Source: Podarcis vaucheri
Lineage: Eukaryota
DNA length: 64,000 bases
Direction: 5' to 3' (one strand)
Assembly: GCA_965113315.1 (NCBI GenBank)
Contig: OZ220377.1
Shown: positions 40,901 through 50,300 of the stretch, piece after piece
How the letters are laid out: each line of letters opens with the position of its first letter
Numbering within the stretch: position 1 is the first letter of the stretch
The notes under the pieces: model-generated
What the model was told of the DNA's origin: nothing
What the model saw: the letters and a program-made list of their open reading frames with translations, nothing else
Database searches by the model: none
Program-made: the position numbers and the translations under genes

Positions 40901-43900
40901 CTTTCCTGGCACAGCTGTTTGGGATATAAATCCTGACAGTCAGAAATGGTTAGTTTCTAAATCCTTGATGTGCTACGCTCGGCAAAGAACCGTTGGAACA
41001 GTTAAGGCAGCCCGGGTGGCAAAGGCAGGGAGAGTGGAGGCGGAATATGTAACAGGGTCTGGAGCAGGCTTGGCTCTCGGTGCTACGGTATTTAAAGGTG
41101 CAGATGTCAGCGGCATTGTGGGCCAGAGCTGTGCATGCTCCAAACTTGGAAGTTAAAAAGGGATATCTGCAGCAAAAGAAATGTGAATTCTGCAAAGGGG
41201 GTGACCCAAGTACGCAAGTCATTTGGGGGGCAGCAGGAGTTTTTGTGGTGCCAATGGAGCAGTGTTAGGCATCATCAGCTGGAAAACTTTTGAGTCTGTC
41301 ATCTTCCCTGCAACTCAGAGATCTCGCAAAAGAGGGTGTTGGAGTTGCCATGCCCAAGGAGGACTCTCCAGGGGCCCAACTTTGGGCCCTGCCAGCTGGA
41401 GGACATAGACTTATGTCCAGTGGCGTAGCGTGGGGGGTGCAGGGGGGGCCGGCCACACCGGGCGCAACATCTGGGGTTTAGGGTTAGGGGGCGCAAATCT
41501 ACGGGTTAGGGGGCGCAAATCCACAGGTTAGGGGGTGCAAATTACTTGCCTTGCCCCGGGTGCTGACAACCCATGCTACGCCACTGCTTATGCCTCTTCC
41601 TCGGTTTGCATACCCAGAGGATGAGGGCCCCAATCACAGAGCCCTGTCCTCAGCATTGCAAATGGTCACAAATATGAAATTGGACAAGGTCCCTCTAAGG
41701 AGGACTGCCAGCTCTTCTCAGAGGGTGGGGCCAATCACAGAACACACCTTGCCTGCCTTTATAATGGCATCAGTTGGCTTCCGCTCCTTTCCAGTTTGGG
41801 GACTGCCAGGGTTTTCTTAAGCATATGGGGCGCCGGGGTGCAAAGATTCATCCGCCCGCCCCCCAGGTTGCCCAGTCCCAGGCGCGCAGGACGGCGGAGC
41901 CAACCAGCCGCCTCAATGTCTCGCTGGCTCAGTCGCCCCCGAACTCACAACACAGAGCTGCCCGCAGCAGAAGAGCCTGCCACGGCGCTCCAGCCAACCG
42001 GCGGGCTCTTCCCCGGACTCAACTCTCGGGCCCCGGACTCTTGGCCTGGCGCCCCTGAGAGCCCAGAACACAGGTGCCCCGCACTCCTTGCGCCTATGGG
42101 TAAGACGGCCCTGGGGACTGCTCTCTGGGATAAGACTCCCTGGGACAGTTTGTGAAGAATTTGAGACTCAATGAAAGGCTGTAGCTGCAACGTGATTGCA
42201 TTGTCACCAGTTGTTGTTGTTTAGTCGTTTAGTCGTGTCCAACTCTTCATGACCCCATGGACCAGAGCACGCCAGGCACTCCTGTCTTCCACTGCCTCCC
42301 ACAGTTTGGTCAGACTCATGTTTGTAGCTTCGAGAACGCTGTCCAACCATCTCGTCCTCTGTCGTCCCCTTCTCCTTGTGCCCTCAATCTTTCCCAACAT
42401 CAGGGTCTTTTCCAGGGAGTCTTCTCTTCTCATGAGGTGACCAAAGTCTTGGAGCCTCAGCTTCAGGATCTGTCCTTCCAGTGAGCACTCAGGGCTGATT
42501 TCCTTCAGAATGGATCCGTTTGATCTTCCTGCAGTCCATGGGACTCTCAAGAGTCTCCTCCAGCACCAATTGTCACCAGTAGGTGGCTGTAATGGGGCCT
42601 TTTCTTGGCCTTTCTATACACCATTAAACCCAGAGGAGGAGAAGGAGCTCCTTGCTGTGGCAACATCTCCCCGTGTTGCCTGGTTAAGGAAATAAATTCC
42701 AGTCCATGGAGACTTGCTGGAAGCTTTCCAAGGTGCTGGTCCGGCTACCCAAAGTTGTACACCCTGTGATTTAGCCCTGATGAGCCTCTGCCTGCTGAAA
42801 CAACCCCTAATGTGATGCCAAAAGCCAAGCTTTCCCCGAAGCAAGTCCTAGACACTTGCAAAACAGGAGTGCCTGAGGTGGAGAGTCTCAATGGCATTGC
42901 TCCTCTCTGCTATTTTTTTGTTGGCGTCCGTCTGTCTCAGGAAAGAATGGAGGAGTTCACCTTTGGGGGTGAGGTCAAACTGTTGGAAGATTACAGCGCC
43001 TGCTGTGGCTGTAGAGACCGATGTGGGAGAGACATGTTTTGTTGCAGTCGGGGCAGAGCAAGGCGCCCGGTTGCGCTGCTCAAATGTGCCATGGCGTTTC
43101 TTCTCTCTGCGCTCCTCCCAGTGGTCATTATCACAGGGGGAAAGGGGGTGCTACTGGTGTTGTGCAGACCCTGTTCGTTTTGGTGAGGGTTGTGTGTGGT
43201 CAGATCAGCCTGACCTTCAGCCAAAACTGAATTCCCCAGGCAAAATGCCACCTGGGTAGGAAGCTCGTAATGACCTCCCTGTTGAGAAGAGCCAATGGCC
43301 AGCCTGAATGGGCAGAAGGCACTTTCACTACCATGGACCAGAGCTGGTCTGAACCCCAGCAGCATCTGTCGGTCTCCCTCAATGGTGCTTGAAAACCTTT
43401 GGCTGCCACTGGGGCGCCAGCAACCTCTGCAATGCACTAAAGAATCCTGGGGGTTGAACTGAATTGGATTATGTGGTGCAGCTATGTTGGAGTGGCAAAA
43501 TGCCACGGCTTGGCCTTGACTATGCACACTGAAATGCATTATGCAAGGGCTTTTTAAAAAAAGAAACAATATATGCTTGCTTTTCATTATGCGGTTCTTG
43601 AAGCCCGTGGGAGAGAGATGAGCCTAACAGCAATGTGTGGTTATATAAAAAATGCAACATAACTCTCCCCCCCTCCTGAGCCCAATCTAGTACACATTGT
43701 TAAACTATGGAACTCACTGCCACAGGAGGCAGGGATGCCCACCATCTTGGATGGCTTTAAAAGCAGATTGGACATGTCTATAACTCTGCCTCCATCTCTC
43801 AAAGTTCTTACAGTGTGTCCAGTTTTGTGTCTGCCTGACTTTGAGCCTGCAAGGCTAAGCCTTTCCCCACCCAAGGGGTGGGGCCAAGTTTGATAAGTGG

Positions 43901-44321
43901 GCGGGGCCACCTCTTTGTCAGTCACCTGACACCGGGTGTCCCCTTTTCCTTTCCCACGTGGTTTGAAATCAAACTCTGCAGACCAATGCTTGATCTACTT
44001 TAGTCATTTAAGTATTGGTTTATCATTACCGTTTCTAAGCAGCAATATGATGTACAGAAATGAGATTCGCACTGAAATGGTGAAAAATTTCCATAAGGAC
44101 CTTAAAAACCAACTGCAAGGTGGTGTGGAAATATGGGCAGCTGAATTTAAGATGGGGAAACTGAAGCTGACAGATTTTTCCCATTTCTACCCCAAATCCA
44201 GCTCCCTGCAGACCTTTCGTTCACCTGGGCCTGAGGAAAAACATTCAATGTTTCACCCATGTTATTGAATCAATAGTTGTCCACGTATAGCAGTAATAAC
44301 TTGAGGGGGCTCTTTTTGCTA

Positions 44322-44359
<38 letters not shown>

Positions 44360-45608
44360 CAGGAGATTAATAACCCCTCCTTCTGCCTTGGAGTTTATTA
44401 GCTTGAGGAGTATTTATTACCTCATAAGCACAAAACCCCTCTGGTTAGCATCTAATTAAACTCCAATTCAGTGCATGCAGTATTAGGGGGAATTGTATTA
44501 ATAGTAAATTTCAGAGGAAAAGACAGGGAACAGAGATTACCTGTTGGATTAATCTTCCCTCTCTTTTGCAGAAACTGCGTAGGAAGTGGGGTGCACAACA
44601 CGCCTTTGTTTCAAGGGGTGCCGAGTCCTGTGAGTACTGAACAAAATAAAGTAGTTTTAGATGAGGAACTGGATGGAAAATAAACACTGGAGGGAAGCTT
44701 CTGAGTGACATCATTTTTGAGAATGGCCCGTGTTTAGGTGGGAGAGGGGGGTTCTTGTTAGAAGCTCTCTAGGGAAGGGGAGGTTGGCCAAAGTCCTAGC
44801 CTGAGCATCTTCATTAAAGGCAAAATACAGATGTGAAGAATAATTACTGAGCTAGACAAGTGAGACTTTAGGCTCTGGTGGTTAATCAACCAAAGCTTTT
44901 GTTGATTGACCTCCAGGGCCAAAAGCCTAGAGGCATGGGGGATCTTTTTCAGCCTGAGGGCCACATTCTTTTGTGGGCAACCTTTCAGGGGCCACATGCC
45001 AGTCGTGGGCAGAACAACAAATGTAAACTTTGCACATCAGGCCAGTCACACACTCCTCTCTTGAAGGTCACATCTCTGGGATAGCTCAGTAGGTAAAGCA
45101 TGAGGCTCTTCGTCTGAGGGTTGTGGGTTCGAATTCCATGTAGGCCAAAAGATTCCTGCACGGCAGGTGGTTGGACTAGATGGCCTTCGTGGTTCCTTCC
45201 CACTCTATAAGTCCATGATTCTATGATTCCGTCCTTCATCCAGGCAAGCATAGAGGCATTGCCAGAATTCAAGGGCACATTCTAGCCAGGCAAAAACACC
45301 TGAGGGTGTGAAGGAGGGCGTGGCCTGGGCAGAGAGGGTGTGTGATGGGGGTGGGGAGTCTTGAGAGCCAGATAGAGAGGATTGAAGGGCTGCATTTGGC
45401 CTGAAGTACCAGTGGAGCCAGAATCTTTAACTAGTTGATCTAGCTATTGAACTAATTAAAACTTGGAGCCGTTAGTTACTAGGTCAGTTTTTAATGTGAT
45501 TTGCAGAATTAATTTGGTGCTTCTGTTTCTTTGGCTTGGAGGCAGAGCAATATCCCTGTCCAAACCCTTTTTGTTAAAATCTCCCCACACCATTTATTGG
45601 GGGGGGGG

Positions 45609-45651
<43 letters not shown>

Positions 45652-47260
45652 CCTCTCTGCCTCTTTTGGCACTGGTTCCTCGTAGAGCTGACAGAACTAA
45701 TTTTATTCTCTTTTGTCCTTTTCTCCGTGATGTAATCCTGCAGTTGGCATTTGCAGGATCCATATGTCAAATTGTGGAATGCTCCTATCCGCGATTGGCT
45801 TGCTTTGTTTTTTTCTCTTCCTTTTTTTTGTGTGTGTGTGTGCACGACCTCCTGGCTGTTGATGGCACAAACAGGATATTGTAGCTGCAATATTACAGTT
45901 TTTCAGTTGTCTGCTTTTAAACCTCCCTGGGTTCATGTTAGCCTTCTTTTATTATTATTTTTTTCACGGACAAAGAGAGCAGGGAGAGGTGGTTCTTTTA
46001 CACAACCAAAATGACTGTTGTTATGACAGGGGCTGTGTAGGGAGGTGAGAGAGCCTGCGCACTTCAGGGATCCCTGTGTGGACCGAGTCTCTGTGTCTGT
46101 GAAATGGGCACAATGCCATGCTACCTGTTATCAGTAATAGGTGGTATTTGTCCGTGGTCACCCTTTAATAGTGCTTTGCTTTCCCCCAATAGAAGTGAAT
46201 ATCAATTACTCACTTAGGCTGCACTCCTTAACTGTACAGCAGATTCATGCCATTCAAGCACATTCAACGTACATGTAAAGCACAGAGCTTCTTCCCAAGC
46301 CATCCTGGGAAGTGTAGTTAGTTAAGGGTGCTGGGAGTTATAGCTCTGGGAGGGGGGAGATGACAGTTCACAGAATTCTTTGGCAGTGGGGAGTCATCTG
46401 CTTTAAATGTGTATTGAATATGTTGGTTGGCAAGAAGAAATAGGGATATAAAAGGAGAATTCCCTGGATGCCAAGATCCAGGTTTGGGGCAAGAATGTGC
46501 TTGAAATGTCTGGATCTGCCCCTTGTGTGGGGTTTAAAAACAAAACAAAAGCACACAGTATCAGCAAAGCAGCTTTTTTGACATTACAGTGGCACCTCGG
46601 GTTACATACGCTTCAGATTACATACACTTCAGGTTACAGACTCCGCTAACCCAGAAAAAGTGCTTCAGGTTAAGAACTTTGCTTCAGGATGAGAACAGAA
46701 ATCGTGCTCCGGTGGCGTGGCAGCAGCAGGAGGCCCCGTTAGCTAAAGTGGTGCTTCAAGTTAAGAACAGTTTCAGGTTAAGAACGGACCTCCGGAACGA
46801 ATTAAGTACTTAACCTGAGGTACCACTGTTATGTTGCTGTTGTTGTCGTATTTATTCATTTATTCAAAAAATCTATACACCACTTGATTGTAAAAAAGAT
46901 GCTTCAAGGCAGTTTACAAAAGATAAAACAGTAAAATCAAGAAAAACTTGCAGCCATACCTCAAAACATACAATTACTAACATTGATTAAAATTACCTCA
47001 ACTTTTGAAGTTTCTGGGCAGGTTTGTCTAAACGAGAACGTCTTTAGCAGGTGCTGAAAAGAGTACAGTGGAGAAGACGCCTGCTTGATATCACCCAAAA
47101 TGGAGGCGATCTGGCCTGAAATCAGTGCCAATGGTGGCAGCACTTCTCCGCCACTGATGGAAGCAGCAGGGCAGGCAGGGGGCCCACAGAGACGCCACCA
47201 CAGGGGCTTCTGCTGCCTGAGGCAGCAGCCTCACTTTGCCTAATAACTGGGCTGGATCTC

Positions 47261-47312
<52 letters not shown>

Positions 47313-50300
47313 TGTGTGTTTTAAAGAATAGAATAGAAACTAGGGAAGAAAGGACAGGAATGGTGAAGGGGAATGTGGTGTTGATGTGCAACCTGGTCAT
47401 CAAGGCCTGTGAGTCATAACAATGCAGATTATCTCAAAATACCCCCCCCCCTTTCTTAATGAGTGTTTGGGTTGTCCTTCTGGAAGACATAATGTTTTTG
47501 ATACGATGTGTTTGCAAGGAATTTCTACAGGGCATAACCACCCGACCTGTGAAGGATGTCATGTCTGAAGGTTTACAGAAAAAGAGGCTCCGGCTTCTAG
47601 CCACGTACGGCAGTCTTGTTACCGAGGTGTGGGATGGCCATTACTTTGACAATGAGCGGCAGGAGTTGCCAGTAAGTTGAACCCTCATGTAATTATAAAT
47701 CCATAACAGACATTTCTTTCACTGTGTAGCTTCTCACAGATCCTCCATCTGTCCCTTATGTGTAGGTATTTATTTACTTTCCATTGTTTTAGAGCAATTT
47801 TCAATCCCAACCTTCAGCAAGACTTCTTCTTGTTGTTTGTTTGTTTATGATTCATCTTTACCCCCTAAGATCCCAGTTCTTTAATGTTGTTAAGCATAAT
47901 ATTTAAAACAGTTGCTCTCGGGGTGACTAACAACCCTTTATCCCCACAAGAGCTCTGTGAGGTAGGTTAAGCTGAGAGGTAACAGTTTGTCCCAAGTTCA
48001 CCCAGTGAGCTTTGTGGTTGAATGGAGACCACAGTTTTCATCTCCGGAGTCCTAGTCCAACACCCTAACCCAGCCTGTCCCAATCTGGTGCGCTCCAGAG
48101 ATTTGGACTCCATCTTCCATCAGCCCAAGAGGTTTTTGCATTACAACTCTTATCATTCCCAGCCAGCATGCCCAACAGTCAGGGATGATGGGAACTGAAT
48201 GAAAAGGAGGCGCATTGCCTTGTTAAGCAGGGTTGTGTGAAGGGGGAAGATTTGGACCAATCAGTCAAACAAAGTCATCTGTCTGATAAAGGTAAAGGTA
48301 AAGGGATCCCTGACCATTAGGTCCAGTCGTGGCCAACTCTGGGGTTGCAGCGCTCATCTCGTTTTACCTGCCGAGGGAGCTTCCGTGTACAGCTCCCGGG
48401 TCATGTGGCCAGCATGACTAAGCCACTTCTGGTGAACCAGAGCAGCGCACGGAAATGCTGTTTACCTTCCTGCCGGAGCGATACCTATTTATCTACTTGC
48501 ACTTTCGAACTGCTAGGTTGGCAGGAGCAGGGACCGAGCAACGGGAGCTCACCCCATTAGAGGGATTCGAACCGCTGACCTTCTGATTGGCAAGTCCTAG
48601 GCTCTGTGGTTTAACCCACAGCGATAGGCATTGCCAAATAAAGTCATGCTTCCCTGGGGCTGCATCCGTACCATACATTAAAAGCTCTGTTATACCACCT
48701 TAAGAGACATGGCTTCCCCCCATTGTGTGAACTGTGGTTTGTTAAGGGTGCTGAGTTAGGAGGCACCCCTCATTCCCCACAAAAAAGCTACAATTCCCAA
48801 AGTTCCCTGGGAAGAAGAGGGAGTGATTCTTACACTAGTCTGAGAATTGTAGCTCTGTAAGGGGGAATAGGGACCTCCTAACAACTCTTAGCACCCTTAA
48901 CAAACTACAACTCCCAAGATTCTTTGGGGGAAGAAGCCATGACTGTTTAAAGTGGTATAATACTACTTTCAATTTGTAGTGCAGATGGGGAAAATGAGTG
49001 GCTTGATACAATGTTTATTCATGTATCACAAACGTACTCTAAATGGCTACAAAATCCATTGGTTTAAGCAGTCCCCTTAGTGCTTAAGAGGATCCTGTTG
49101 GATATTTTTTAATGCAACACTCTTCAGATCTGGCCCCAACAGCCCCAGCCATTAGGCCCAATGGTCAGGGACACCAAAAAATCTGGAGGGCACCATCTTG
49201 AGGAAGGTCGCTCTGACCACTACCCTTTTCTGGTTTGCAGAGAAGAGATGTGTAGAGGTTCTTACAAGCCAAGCTTAATTACACAAGTTCAGGACACGGC
49301 TGGGAATGGAGTGGAGTGGTGGATTTTAAAAAAAGACAAACCCTTATTGGGCTCAAGGGTGCAGGAAAGTGGCTTTTGGATTAGAGAAAATCTAGGCTAC
49401 TTAGTATGTAAGAGTTCGATTTCTTTTTGTAGATGGTGCTTTTGGGTGTCTTAAAAAGGATGCTTAAATCGAGCGGCTTCTGGCATCCGGCAAGGGTTGT
49501 TTGACTGCACCAGCAGCCAGCAAACCCTCACACTTTGGTACTTAACTTATTGCCAGTCCACAGAGGATAGAGGGGGAGTTGTTGGGGTCGTTGTTTTGCC
49601 TCTCCCCACCCACCCGCTCAGGCACCCCAGCTTCAAATTAAAGCCTATGAATTACTATAACAAAACGGTGTGCGGCAACAGTTAAGTGTTTGCCAGTTAA
49701 ACTGGAGGTCTATGAAAACTCCTCCTTTATAATATATGGGGCACTGAGACCCTGGACAAATTAACTGCTGTTGCATGCAGCAGGAAAAACAAATGCTATT
49801 AAAGAATTGCTTAAGGAGTGGGATGTTTTTGTTCCCTATTGGAATAACAAAAATAAACATAAGAATCTTAGGAAGCTGCCATATACTGAGATGCTTGGTC
49901 CATTGAGCTCAGCATTGCCTATTGTGGAAGATTAAGGGCTTCCTGCCCACCTCCCTGTTTCTGCAGAAATCAGTGGTCCAGTCGTGCTTCTTCTGAGGTG
50001 CGGTAATTTCTGCTGCCTCTCTAGATCTAGTCTCTAGATCCGATTGATCCAGTCGCAGTCTGTGTAGACATATGGCATGAGCAGCTGCCCTCAGCAGAGG
50101 CTGAATGGAAGGAGGCAAGCTGAAGGTAGTGACTCATGAAGAAATTCAGCAGTCAGCCTCCTCTGAGGTCAGGTAAACCTACCGAGTCGTGAATGATTCA
50201 CACACACACCTGGTGTAGAGACTCGGCAGGATTATGCAACCTTGGCGGAGTTGATTTGAAGGAGGCAAGGTCAGAGCAGTGACTCAGGCAGGGACATGAC

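Noticed and set aside
41475-41545. TTAGGG-like repeats suggesting an interstitial telomere
   Set aside because: Only a few units, embedded in the internal repeats of a TIR/TSD-bounded hAT MITE
42991-43587. Longest ORF in the track (198 aa, minus strand)
   Set aside because: No recognisable motif, composition looks random, and no splice partners were found
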